A program made the translations under genes and the position numbers. Below, in pieces: positions 48,066 through 57,206 of a stretch of 64,000 nucleotides of DNA. The notes beneath the pieces are model-generated. The model worked only from the letters and a program-made list of their open reading frames with translations, did not search any database and was not told the origin of the DNA. Each line of letters starts with the position of its first letter. Positions within the stretch are counted from its first letter, which is position 1. This stretch comes from a virus: positions 1 through 64,000 of the IMG/VR virus record IMGVR_UViG_3300030116_004360. The stretch is one strand, 5' to 3'.

Positions 48066-48937
48066 AGATTTCCCTCCTGAAGTTCAGGAATACCAAACCA
48101 TTCATTTTTACCATTAGTAGAAAATATAACCCATTTATTACCAACTAATTCAGGATTAGTTTTACTTGCTTGTAATTCAGCAACATATTGAGTTACACCA
48201 CCCTTCTTTGTTTTGTTAATATGAATCATTTGAATAAACCTCGCTGGTGTTGATTTATGCCAATCAGGAACTTCACCGATAGGAACAGGATTAACAATAT
48301 CTCCATATATAGGTTTCATATGAGTAATGATATATCTATCACACATTAAATCCATGAAGTTATCTAGTAACCTATTATAGATTCTATTTCTTACTTTCCA
48401 ATCTAAAGGATTTACACGAATAGAATCGGTATCATGAATAATAGTTCCTTCACGCTTATTACTTTTAACTAAATGCGCTCTAAGAACATCACCGGATGCT
48501 TCATAGGCTTTATCTAAACCATCAAGAATAACGGCCTTAACATTACCTTCTTCTATTTCTTCTCTACAATATCTAATAAAAGAATTAGCATTATCAAAGG
48601 ACGCTTCATGATTTTCTGTTCCATCAGCATTAAACTGTCTTGGAGTAAAGATTACAATATTAGGGTCACGATTATGGCATGAATCCCACGTAGGTTCAGA
48701 ACCATTATCCCAATCTAATACCATTACTTTTAATCCTTGTTTAATTTCTTCTTCTGTTCTACAATCTAAAGCAATTCCAGTTTTACCCACTTTAGGGTCG
48801 CCAGTAATTGCACAATTGATATACGACCTATCTCTTGATATTCTATTTGATATTTGAGATAACATCTGTTCTTTTAATAAAGCATATTTACTTTTTTCAT
48901 TTGCATTTTCATCTTTCTTTTCAGTATTCCAAGCCAT
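48062..48937 (-). CDS. RecA-fold ATPase (Sak4/RadA-like recombinase)
   Basis: Walker A GDPKVGKT, LDWDNG, Walker B VILDG, IITH. Confidence 0.75.
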   Translation of the reverse strand: MAWNTEKKDENANEKSKYALLKEQMLSQISNRISRDRSYINCAITGDPKVGKTGIALDCRTEEEIKQGLKVMVLDWDNGSEPTWDSCHNRDPNIVIFTPRQFNADGTENHEASFDNANSFIRYCREEIEEGNVKAVILDGLDKAYEASGDVLRAHLVKSNKREGTIIHDTDSIRVNPLDWKVRNRIYNRLLDNFMDLMCDRYIITHMKPIYGDIVNPVPIGEVPDWHKSTPARFIQMIHINKTKKGGVTQYVAELQASKTNPELVGNKWVIFSTNGKNEWFGIPELQEGNL

Positions 48938-49136
48938 TTTTATTCACCTTTCTATATTTATTCCATAATTCTATAAATTCATTTCTTTCTTTTTTAGTTT
49001 TAAATCGTTCTCTAAGGTATTTGCCAGAAGGCATATGAAACTTAGCCCAATAAGTTCCATCTTCATCATTTTGTTTCCAAGTAATAAATTCAATATCTCC
49101 TAAAAGAACGCTATATCTTTCTGTTTGATATAACAT
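48921..49136 (-). CDS. Hypothetical protein
   Basis: GGAG SD; coupled ORF. Confidence 0.55.
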   Translation of the reverse strand: MLYQTERYSVLLGDIEFITWKQNDEDGTYWAKFHMPSGKYLRERFKTKKERNEFIELWNKYRKVNKNGLEY

Positions 49137-49238
49137 ATTAATTTCTCCATTAAATAGGCGAGAGAATGAGATTGCCGATGGAGGTGAACACTCTTATCCC
49201 ATTTTTAACTGTGTTAAAAACTCTCATGATTAATTTAA

Positions 49239-50537
49239 TTAGAACCAATCAAAATCTTCTTCATCTGGATTATCGTATTCAACAACCGCACCACGACGAT
49301 TAATTACATACAATCCTTGAAGATTGATTGATACATCTCCTAATGAACCATCTTCATTCTTTCCTTGACTAGTTCTTCCAACAACAAGAACATGACTTCC
49401 AATACCAAAATCAATATCAATTGACGGAGGAATCCATACAGTTGTTGAAGATGTTCCACCATCATTATAATCAAAATCTGCATTTAAGTCACTAAGATAA
49501 ATAATCCTATTTCCATTCTTTGTAGGTTGAGGTCGAATATTAACTACATCACCATCACTAATAACCATCTTTTCATTCCACGGCTTATCCATAGATTGAA
49601 TATGATATTGTCCTAAACCTAGTAAAGGACTCATATAGTTACCCATTGTTGAGGCTAAAGTATCTGAAATGTTAATAGTTGATTCATCAACCTTATATTC
49701 ACATTCAGCAGATAATTCATCATTATACTCTAAACTCAATACTGTTTGAAAATCTTTATCAATTCCATAAATCATTCCCTTTTCATCATTTACCATACCA
49801 TTGAAATGCAATAGTCGGAAAGTTTCCGGCTTGAAAGTTTGTGCGCTATTTCCACGAATACGGAACATATAGTGCTTAGGTTGTCCACTAACTGAACCAA
49901 CAAAATGACCTGTTAATTGCCAATTATCTTTAGGTAGTGGCCTTCCATAATTAGGATTAGCAGAACCATTCCAACCTGTTTTTTGAGTATTAAGTGGAAT
50001 AACCCATTTTCCTTCATCAACCTCTCTAGCAATTCCGGGCAACTTTTCTACATCTTTTACCTTTTCTTCACCATCATGTTTTGCAGATAATTGATAACCT
50101 TCACCGTTTGAAACGGCAATTGCTACCATTCCTACTTCATAAGTAGTTTGTGGGTCACGTTGATATTGAGCAACTGCTTTATTTGCAGAAAGGTCACTAA
50201 AGTTCTTAGCATCTTCCATAGCAACAAAGAATCCAAATATCTTCTTTGGGCCATTATCATTATCATTCATAGCATTATTGTTATTATTGTTATCAGGGTT
50301 TTCCTGACGCTTCTTTTGTTGAACAAACCATTGATTGAAAAGCCCTAATGCGAGTCGTGGAGATTCAGATACATTAATCTGATTCTGGCTACAAATCTCA
50401 TCAAACCTTTCTTTTGTTTGTTCAACAGACCAATTAATAACATCGGCTGCTTTCTTTATGTTTTCCATTATTTCTTCTTCATTCATTTCTTTCACCTTTA
50501 TTTTTATTTCTTTCACTTCATTTGTGCTATCATCCAC
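49239..50537 (-). CDS. RPA-like OB-fold ssDNA-binding protein
   Basis: C-terminal OB pattern GDVVNI...IYLSD...VW...GSHVLVVGRT; acidic aromatic tail EEDFDWF. Confidence 0.65.
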   Translation of the reverse strand: MDDSTNEVKEIKIKVKEMNEEEIMENIKKAADVINWSVEQTKERFDEICSQNQINVSESPRLALGLFNQWFVQQKKRQENPDNNNNNNAMNDNDNGPKKIFGFFVAMEDAKNFSDLSANKAVAQYQRDPQTTYEVGMVAIAVSNGEGYQLSAKHDGEEKVKDVEKLPGIAREVDEGKWVIPLNTQKTGWNGSANPNYGRPLPKDNWQLTGHFVGSVSGQPKHYMFRIRGNSAQTFKPETFRLLHFNGMVNDEKGMIYGIDKDFQTVLSLEYNDELSAECEYKVDESTINISDTLASTMGNYMSPLLGLGQYHIQSMDKPWNEKMVISDGDVVNIRPQPTKNGNRIIYLSDLNADFDYNDGGTSSTTVWIPPSIDIDFGIGSHVLVVGRTSQGKNEDGSLGDVSINLQGLYVINRRGAVVEYDNPDEEDFDWF

Positions 50538-51424
50538 GATGCTAAAACTCTTGGAGTTACAGTTTCACTTCTCCATTCAGTTTCGCCTATAATACGAAGC
50601 ATTTTATATTTTACACTCGCATCAAATTTACCATTTATAATTACATCGTGAAGGCCATTACAAATGATTTTCATAGTTTTTCCATTATAGATTTCTGCGT
50701 ATAATTTTTCTAAAGCATCATCTAATTTATTATCAATTACAAATTCAATTATTTGTTGATAATCAGTTAGGGATTTAGTCATTTGAACCGATAAAGTCGT
50801 ATTTGAATTTATTGCGGCTTGTAATTCAACTATTGCCCTACGAATATCACCACCGAACCCACCTATAAAGGTTTGCAGATTCTCAATGGGTGGAATTGGC
50901 TTATTTTCCTCTTCAAGGATTAGTTTCAATACATTTAGGATAGAATCGTTAGAAACCGTCCCAAAGTAATAATTTGCACATCTTGATTGAAGGGGATAGA
51001 CAATCTTAGACCTATCGTTCGATGTGAACACAAAACGAACATGGTCTGAATATCGCTCCATTATCCTTTTCAATGCATTCTGAGCGTCATTAGTCATATT
51101 CTCCATCTCATCCAATAAGATGATTTTAAATGGAACATCACCAATAGTTCCGCTTTGTGCAATATCTTTAATTTTTCCTCTAATTACATCTAACTTCCTA
51201 TCATCACTCGCATTGATTTCAAAGAAATTAGATTGCATATTTTCTCCTAATATCTCATATCCTAAAACATATGCCGTTGCAGTTTTTCCTGTTCCGGCAG
51301 GACCGTATAATAATAAATTAGGCATATCTTTTAGAAGCACCCAATTTTCTGCATCCATTTTAAAATTCTCTTGTCCAACAATTTGACTTAATTTTGTTGG
51401 TCTATACTTTTCTGTCCATAACAT
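50513..51424 (-). CDS. rfcS: Replication factor C small subunit
   Basis: WTEKYRP, GPAGTGKT, EINASD, IILLDE, LQSRC. Confidence 0.95.
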   Translation of the reverse strand: MLWTEKYRPTKLSQIVGQENFKMDAENWVLLKDMPNLLLYGPAGTGKTATAYVLGYEILGENMQSNFFEINASDDRKLDVIRGKIKDIAQSGTIGDVPFKIILLDEMENMTNDAQNALKRIMERYSDHVRFVFTSNDRSKIVYPLQSRCANYYFGTVSNDSILNVLKLILEEENKPIPPIENLQTFIGGFGGDIRRAIVELQAAINSNTTLSVQMTKSLTDYQQIIEFVIDNKLDDALEKLYAEIYNGKTMKIICNGLHDVIINGKFDASVKYKMLRIIGETEWRSETVTPRVLASWMIAQMK

Positions 51425-51732
51425 TATTTCACCTCTTGTTCATATTTTTTAATATCTATTTTCCATGCTGCATTTCTTTTATTTACATTTTCAATATAAT
51501 TCAAAGAAGACAAATATCTTCCTGTTGCATAAGCCGTAGGCATATTTCTCATATGAAATGTAAGATGCGCCCCAGTCATTTTAAAATAATCTTCGGCATT
51601 GTCTTTAGCCATCCAAAGAATATCTTTAGACCTAAAGGGTTCATTTCCATATATTAAATACCATAAATTTAAACCGTAATCAATATACTTTTTATGTTGT
51701 GGTTTAATTACCTGTCTTGTTTTACTCTTCAT
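51424..51732 (-). CDS. Hypothetical protein (possible wHTH)
   Basis: Coupled ORF. Confidence 0.5.
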   Translation of the reverse strand: MKSKTRQVIKPQHKKYIDYGLNLWYLIYGNEPFRSKDILWMAKDNAEDYFKMTGAHLTFHMRNMPTAYATGRYLSSLNYIENVNKRNAAWKIDIKKYEQEVK

Positions 51733-52429
51733 TTTTATTCACCTTTTGTATAACTATTTTCATTATTTGTTGATATTCATATTCTAATTGTTCTTTCAAT
51801 ATTTTTGGGTTTAGGCCCTTTGGGTTCATTAATCTTTTGATTCTATCCCTTTCTCTTCTTTTTTGCTTTTGTAATAAAGACCTTTCTTTCTTTGGAATAA
51901 CTCTATCTCTTTGAAATATCAATCCTTTTTCATAAAGTTTACGCCTAGCGTGACTAATCATTGGCGGCTTAACTCCTAAAGTTTCGGCTATTTCAGAGAC
52001 AGTCAATATCGAATGATTTTCAATTATATATTGTTGATTTTCTTTCAACCAAAGATTGAATGCGTGATTTCTTTTTCTTCCATCCTTTCTTTTCAAAGAA
52101 GAATATATTTTCAAAATTCTATTTGACCATGCTTCAAACCTTTCTCTTGCCTTTTCAAGACAAAGGGAATCCTCTTCGTGTCTTTTATAAACTCTGTTAA
52201 ATTTATAAGATTCAACATAGTAATTATCACCAGTTTCTATTAACACACAAAGTTCATTAAAGGTTTCTTCATCTAATTTTAAGGCTACCGTTTGCCACAC
52301 ACGACTAATTGTAGTGCTAGAAAACTTCGATGTTTTTTTAAACAACCTAAGTATTTCTTTTTGACTACTATAACTAGCACCAAAAATGGCTAGAAATTCT
52401 CTTTGATATTGACTAACCATCATAACCAC
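51722..52429 (-). CDS. HTH DNA-binding protein
   Basis: LTVSEIAETLGVKPPMISHARRKLYEKGLI. Confidence 0.65.
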   Translation of the reverse strand: MVMMVSQYQREFLAIFGASYSSQKEILRLFKKTSKFSSTTISRVWQTVALKLDEETFNELCVLIETGDNYYVESYKFNRVYKRHEEDSLCLEKARERFEAWSNRILKIYSSLKRKDGRKRNHAFNLWLKENQQYIIENHSILTVSEIAETLGVKPPMISHARRKLYEKGLIFQRDRVIPKKERSLLQKQKRRERDRIKRLMNPKGLNPKILKEQLEYEYQQIMKIVIQKVNKNEE

Positions 52430-53277
52430 TCTGTTAAACTACTTCTTCCTTTAGGAATTACCCTATCAGTTTTTTTCTTTCTTTTCTTTTCACCGAGTCC
52501 TAATAATCTACACTCGGCATTATTTAATTTTGTTTTAGCCCATTCTGAAACTAAGTCATCTTTTACTAAATCACGAAGTAAGTATTCTTCATGGGACTTT
52601 AATTTAAGCCTTCTACATAAACCCGGAATCTTAGAGTAAGTTCCTCTTTTTGGAAATTGAGGTCTATTAAAATCTCTACCATCATATAAGTATGCTAACA
52701 TCTCATAGAAATATTTCATAGGTAATCTTCTTCTTACTCTAGCATCAACATAAATTAATCTATTTGGGTGAATATTTTCATTCAACCAAGACATAATTTG
52801 TGTATCTGATGGTTTGTTTACCTTTAGTTTATGTGCTACCTTATCTCTATCTGTTTCTCTTAGATATTCCATTACGATACCAAATATCGCATCTTCTAAT
52901 AAATACGGTTCTGAACTTCTAGGAGCAAGAACTTTTATTTCTTCTCTTAAATGATTCTTAGAACCTACCCTTTTTATTTTACAAAGGGCTTTAATTTCTG
53001 ATGGTATATCTTTTTCATTATGGCAAGTCAATACTAAAGGACCGGAATAATCTATTATTAACGATTTAATTAAATCAATATTTGCCTTGTAATGAATATC
53101 CTCAATAATTATCCCCTCATCGGTGAGAGAATAAATATCTAATTCAGGCATTAGATTAGCAAAATATCTATTTGCATCAGGTAACATATCAATAGCAGTT
53201 GTAGATTTACCCGTTCCTGCTTTTCCAACTAAAATTATAGGTTGAGTTTCTTGTGCGATAGTTAAAAATCCCATCAA
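52420..53277 (-). CDS. Divergent RFC large subunit-like AAA+ protein
   Basis: GKAGTGKST, IIIEDIH, PLVLTC, WLNEN; PIP-like tail SSLTEWL. Confidence 0.65.
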   Translation of the reverse strand: MMGFLTIAQETQPIILVGKAGTGKSTTAIDMLPDANRYFANLMPELDIYSLTDEGIIIEDIHYKANIDLIKSLIIDYSGPLVLTCHNEKDIPSEIKALCKIKRVGSKNHLREEIKVLAPRSSEPYLLEDAIFGIVMEYLRETDRDKVAHKLKVNKPSDTQIMSWLNENIHPNRLIYVDARVRRRLPMKYFYEMLAYLYDGRDFNRPQFPKRGTYSKIPGLCRRLKLKSHEEYLLRDLVKDDLVSEWAKTKLNNAECRLLGLGEKKRKKKTDRVIPKGRSSLTEWL

Positions 53278-53678
53278 ATAACGCCCTTAATTTCTAAAAT
53301 TCTTTCTAACCCTTCTTGAGTTAAATGTTGACCATTTTCATACAAATTGAAAATTTCTTTAAATGGTTGCCAATTACCTTTAGCATCCGGTAAATCAGGA
53401 ACTAATTGTATTGTCCTATAAATATTAGTAGCACCACTAACTCTTAGTATAGGTAAAGGTCTAGCCTTATGTTCGTAACTTCGATATTGGGATTGAATAT
53501 CATATTGAGCAAAAGTTCTTTCTAAAGCCAAAAGGAAATCTGAACTTCCTCTGAAGTTTAATCGTAAGCGAACTTTATATCCCGTTCTTAATCTATTATC
53601 TCTTGATACATGAATTTCAGGCTTAGGTAAACTTAGTAAGATACCTTCTAATTGTTCTTTAGTAAACATATTAATCAC
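53274..53678 (-). CDS. Degenerate single-motif LAGLIDADG protein (likely start 53669)
   Basis: GYKVRLRL and HLTQEGLERILEIK are typical of I-CreI-like enzymes, but the motif reads LEGILLSLP. Confidence 0.65.
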   Translation of the reverse strand: MINMFTKEQLEGILLSLPKPEIHVSRDNRLRTGYKVRLRLNFRGSSDFLLALERTFAQYDIQSQYRSYEHKARPLPILRVSGATNIYRTIQLVPDLPDAKGNWQPFKEIFNLYENGQHLTQEGLERILEIKGVI

Positions 53679-53814
53679 CTCTAATTATAAATGCTAACAA
53701 TACACAAATTGTGCAGATATTTACAATATTCACCATCATCAAAATTCTATTACTTTTATTTATCATTACTAACAACTCCTTTAATAAATCATTCGTTTCG
53801 TCCATCATTCCCAT
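53671..53814 (-). CDS. Small C-terminal TM protein (47 aa, not in ORF track)
   Basis: MGMMDETNDLLKELLVMINKSNRILMMVNIVNICTICVLLAFIIRGD*. Confidence 0.5.
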   Translation of the reverse strand: MGMMDETNDLLKELLVMINKSNRILMMVNIVNICTICVLLAFIIRGD

Positions 53815-53968
53815 CTTTGTCCATCCCCTGTTCAATATCAACTAATGTTGCTCGACGCGAGAGGTTATTAAACATACTCATGATTTCTTCTACCTCTTTT
53901 TGTGTTTCATCCCATACCTTTTCATCAGTATATTCAAATCTAATTGTTATATATTTACTATATTTCAT
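53789..53968 (-). CDS. Hypothetical protein (59 aa, not in ORF track)
   Basis: MKYSKYITIRFEY...; ATGA overlap with the upstream gene. Confidence 0.55.
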   Translation of the reverse strand: MKYSKYITIRFEYTDEKVWDETQKEVEEIMSMFNNLSRRATLVDIEQGMDKDGNDGRNE

Positions 53969-54414
53969 TTTAATCCATCCATATATTTAGCGTTTTCTGC
54001 CCAATAACCTCGACCTGCATCAGGAGGCAATTGTAAAAAATACCAATGAGCAGGTTTTAATGTCTTATGATTATTTTCTTCTGCGTTTTCCTTAGCATAC
54101 CAAGCAAGTTCAGTAATTAAATCAGTAATATGTTCATGAACAAATTTAACTAAGTCACGACTTACAGGCATATTAGTTTCTTCACGAATTAACTTTGCTA
54201 TTGGTATCTTAAGCCCAGAAATACTCTTTTCTCTCTTAGGTTTTTCAGGAATAATTAAATCCCCATCTTTAAAATAAGGAACCATATGTGCGGCCATTTG
54301 CATATATCTTCCTCTAGTTTCAGAAACCTTTTTCATAAAGGCAATACCTTCATCAATCTTTATACAAGTATATGGTTCATTATCAATTATAGTAAAATCA
54401 TCTATCTCTATCAT
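53965..54414 (-). CDS. Histone-fold protein with N-terminal extra domain
   Basis: IAKLIREETNMPVSRDLVKFV...ITELAWYAKENAEENNHKTLKPAHW aligns by eye with HMf-type histones (RVS..A, RKTIK.ED). Confidence 0.7.
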   Translation of the reverse strand: MIEIDDFTIIDNEPYTCIKIDEGIAFMKKVSETRGRYMQMAAHMVPYFKDGDLIIPEKPKREKSISGLKIPIAKLIREETNMPVSRDLVKFVHEHITDLITELAWYAKENAEENNHKTLKPAHWYFLQLPPDAGRGYWAENAKYMDGLK

Positions 54415-55973
54415 TAAGCATACCTCCTAACCATTTCTTCGTATGTATCAATATCCGCAACAGGTTTATCATTACGAATTCTTTTACATCTAGGGAATCT
54501 TAAAGCATAAGTTTCATCTTCATTTTTAGTTACTACATCTCCTGTAACTTCAAGAACAACGCGAGGTAAAAATAAATATGTATCCTTTTCAGAGGATATA
54601 ATTATCTTACGAAGTTCGTTAGTTAATCTAAATAAATCTGTATCAGAAAAACCTGTTCCAACGGAACCTATCTGAATAAATTCATTTTCGTGTTTAACTG
54701 ATATATCAAAAGAACCAAATACATTTGCTCTTTTACCATCACCATATCTAGCACCAGTAATAACCACATCTAATTCAATTAATGGTGGCTTATATTTAAT
54801 CCAATCTTTAGACCTTTTTCCCGGTTGATATAATGCATCAGTTGGTTTAATAATGATTCCTTCAAAACCATCTTGAATTGCTGAATGATAAAAACCCATA
54901 ACTCCCATTTCATCTGTATTTTCACTCCAAATCCTATGAGTTGGAAAGGGACCGTTGTTGTAGTCCCACTTACTTAATCTGTTATATAATGTTTCATCCA
55001 TAAAAGATTCACCATCCATTTGTAACATATCAAATATAACAAACTTAACTGGACATTTTTGAACTGCATCCATCTTATCTTTTGAATGAACTCTAGTGCC
55101 TAACTTTTGATGCTTTTCAGGAGTCCCATCTTCTTTAATAGGATAAATCTCTCCATCAACAATAAATTCATTTGGTAGATTTGATTCAAGAATTTGTTGA
55201 ACAATATCAGGAAATTGGTCAGTAGCATCTTTACCTTTACGATTAAAAATAATTACTCTATCGTTCTTTCTATGAACTTGATACCTATTACCATCATACT
55301 TATATTCTACAACATAATTATTATTAGGCCACTTATCTTTAGGTAAGGCTTTTGCTAACATAGGTTTAATAAAATTACCAAAGCCTAATGTGTTTGGAAC
55401 TTCTATATTATTCTCATAAAATGAAATAACTTCATCAATAGGTAAAGCACGAATATCTACTTCCATCTTCTTAAGGTCTTTATTATAATATTCAGAAACG
55501 GCCTTCACTAAATTTTTATTCTGAAAACCATTACGAGGTTTTCTTAACCAATACCGAATAAACCATTTCTTTTCTAGGCTATTCATCTTATTGAACATCT
55601 CTTCAAACAATCTAAAAACATCACCATCAGAACGACTACAATCTAGAGTTAAAATACGAAGTAATTGATTTAAACTAATCCCACTTTCTCCTTCCATATA
55701 ACCATCAAAATTATGAACTCCATCAGCCAAATCACCATACATAGATGAAAAGGTTTCTATTTCATCTTCATATACACCATAAGCATTAGCAACCCATTTT
55801 ACTGCTTTCTTCTTAGCGATATTATTTGGTTCAAGGTCTAGATTTAAAATCTTCACTAGAACTGTTTTATTGTTAGATTTATCAAATGCTTCTTGAAAGA
55901 GTTTAACTTTAAATGTTGGAGCAACAGTTTCTATACTTTCATTAAACTGTGCAAATTCATATAAAGTATTCAT
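54414..55973 (-). CDS. lig: ATP-dependent DNA ligase (replicative)
   Basis: KPMLA, EYKYDGNR, VDGEI, IFDML, EGIIIK, WIKYK, LRFPR..RIRNDK. Confidence 0.95.
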   Translation of the reverse strand: MNTLYEFAQFNESIETVAPTFKVKLFQEAFDKSNNKTVLVKILNLDLEPNNIAKKKAVKWVANAYGVYEDEIETFSSMYGDLADGVHNFDGYMEGESGISLNQLLRILTLDCSRSDGDVFRLFEEMFNKMNSLEKKWFIRYWLRKPRNGFQNKNLVKAVSEYYNKDLKKMEVDIRALPIDEVISFYENNIEVPNTLGFGNFIKPMLAKALPKDKWPNNNYVVEYKYDGNRYQVHRKNDRVIIFNRKGKDATDQFPDIVQQILESNLPNEFIVDGEIYPIKEDGTPEKHQKLGTRVHSKDKMDAVQKCPVKFVIFDMLQMDGESFMDETLYNRLSKWDYNNGPFPTHRIWSENTDEMGVMGFYHSAIQDGFEGIIIKPTDALYQPGKRSKDWIKYKPPLIELDVVITGARYGDGKRANVFGSFDISVKHENEFIQIGSVGTGFSDTDLFRLTNELRKIIISSEKDTYLFLPRVVLEVTGDVVTKNEDETYALRFPRCKRIRNDKPVADIDTYEEMVRRYA

Positions 55974-56428
55974 TCTTCTTCATCTCCAAACATTTCTTCA
56001 AACTGTTTAATTGTATTTACATACATTTTACTTAGAAATTGTGTTGTTTTATACATCTCATCAAGTAGTTCTTTACCTCCAGAGCCTAATGACTGTGATA
56101 CACCCACTAAACCAACCATAGCAATAAAAGCCTTTAAATGTGCTAGTGTAATATTCATAGAGTTTATTACCTGCTTTCTATGTTCACGGTCGTCATTAAT
56201 TCTAAACATAGATTTTAGAGTTTCTATATTATTTAGCCACACAAGTTCTTTAACTTTATCACTTTCATCAGAACCATATACATCATCATATGTTGCATCT
56301 GCACCTAGATATAAACCACTACAAAAATTATCTATCAATTCATCTGGCAAATCTCCCTTCATTTTTTCTTGTAATGTATGTAATATATCATCTACTTTGT
56401 GCATTTGTTCTTTCTTATGTTTATTCAT
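55970..56428 (-). CDS. Hypothetical protein
   Basis: Coupled ORF. Confidence 0.6.
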   Translation of the reverse strand: MNKHKKEQMHKVDDILHTLQEKMKGDLPDELIDNFCSGLYLGADATYDDVYGSDESDKVKELVWLNNIETLKSMFRINDDREHRKQVINSMNITLAHLKAFIAMVGLVGVSQSLGSGGKELLDEMYKTTQFLSKMYVNTIKQFEEMFGDEEE

Positions 56429-56652
56429 TACTGATACCTCCCTAGTATTAAATCTGCAAAAGCAATATCAACATGATGTGGCATTACTTTTGAATATCTT
56501 TTATCTCTTTCTAATGCCAAAGAAACTAGATTGCCTAGCCTTTGCATTAATATCTCACTTCTCTCTTGAAATTGTTCAATTGATTCAGGAGATAATGTCT
56601 TTCCTTTTGTTTGTTCTTTTAATGTTCTTTTTGATTCTTGATAACTTACCAT
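56428..56652 (-). CDS. Stand-alone histone-fold protein (74 aa; start re-called to 56652)
   Basis: GAGGTGA SD. KRTLKEQTKGKTLSPESIEQF...LVSLALERDKRYSKVMPHHVDIAF fits alpha1-L1-alpha2-L2-alpha3. Confidence 0.6.
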   Translation of the reverse strand: MVSYQESKRTLKEQTKGKTLSPESIEQFQERSEILMQRLGNLVSLALERDKRYSKVMPHHVDIAFADLILGRYQ

Positions 56653-56677
56653 TTTAATCACCTCTTGAAAATAAACA

Positions 56678-56735
56678 GGTTGAACTGCCGTCCTACGCAT
56701 CTAGAATCCTAGACGCTTAGAGTAGCAGTTGAACC
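56678..56735 (-). promoter_or_regulatory. Long RNA hairpin in the leader of the histone-fold gene
   Basis: GGTTCAACTGC...GCGTCTAG GATT CTAGATGC...GCAGTTCAACC. Confidence 0.55.
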
Positions 56736-56744
56736 GGACTATTT

Positions 56745-57143
56745 TCACTCTATCATTTCACCTCTAATGAATTTATTTACTTCATTAAAGGTAAAGAAAT
56801 ACCTCGGTATCTCTAATTCGTCCAATCTATTTACAACCCAACAAGCCCCACCTAAACTACTTATTTGGACTATTTCATAAGTAGCCTTTCCTTTTTGAAT
56901 TACTTCTTTAGTTCCTATTTCAGGAGTTAATCCATAAATTCTAGTTAATTCTTTAGCGATACTATCCATATTTTCTGCTACATATTTAATTATATGAGTT
57001 CTTTGAATAGGAACCTTTGCATCTACTTTAACTTTAATTTTTCCAGTCCAATCACAAACTTTACATTTGTTTGCATCACATATTGGACATTTTATTTCTG
57101 CCGGTAAAGGTGCTGGAAATCTTACAGTTACAGTTTTTTTCAT
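56745..57143 (-). CDS. Zn-finger protein
   Basis: CPIC...CKVCDWTG, a DnaJ-like Cys repeat; next to the chaperonin. Confidence 0.6.
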   Translation of the reverse strand: MKKTVTVRFPAPLPAEIKCPICDANKCKVCDWTGKIKVKVDAKVPIQRTHIIKYVAENMDSIAKELTRIYGLTPEIGTKEVIQKGKATYEIVQISSLGGACWVVNRLDELEIPRYFFTFNEVNKFIRGEMIE

Positions 57144-57206
57144 GGGTTTGCCTCCATATATTCTATAACCACTTCATCTATTTCTTTGTCTGGACCCTTT
57201 GGTTCT

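Noticed and set aside
56653-56700. N-terminal extension of the 56428-56700 ORF
   Set aside because: It starts inside the hairpin, and a GAGGTGA SD points to ATG 56652.
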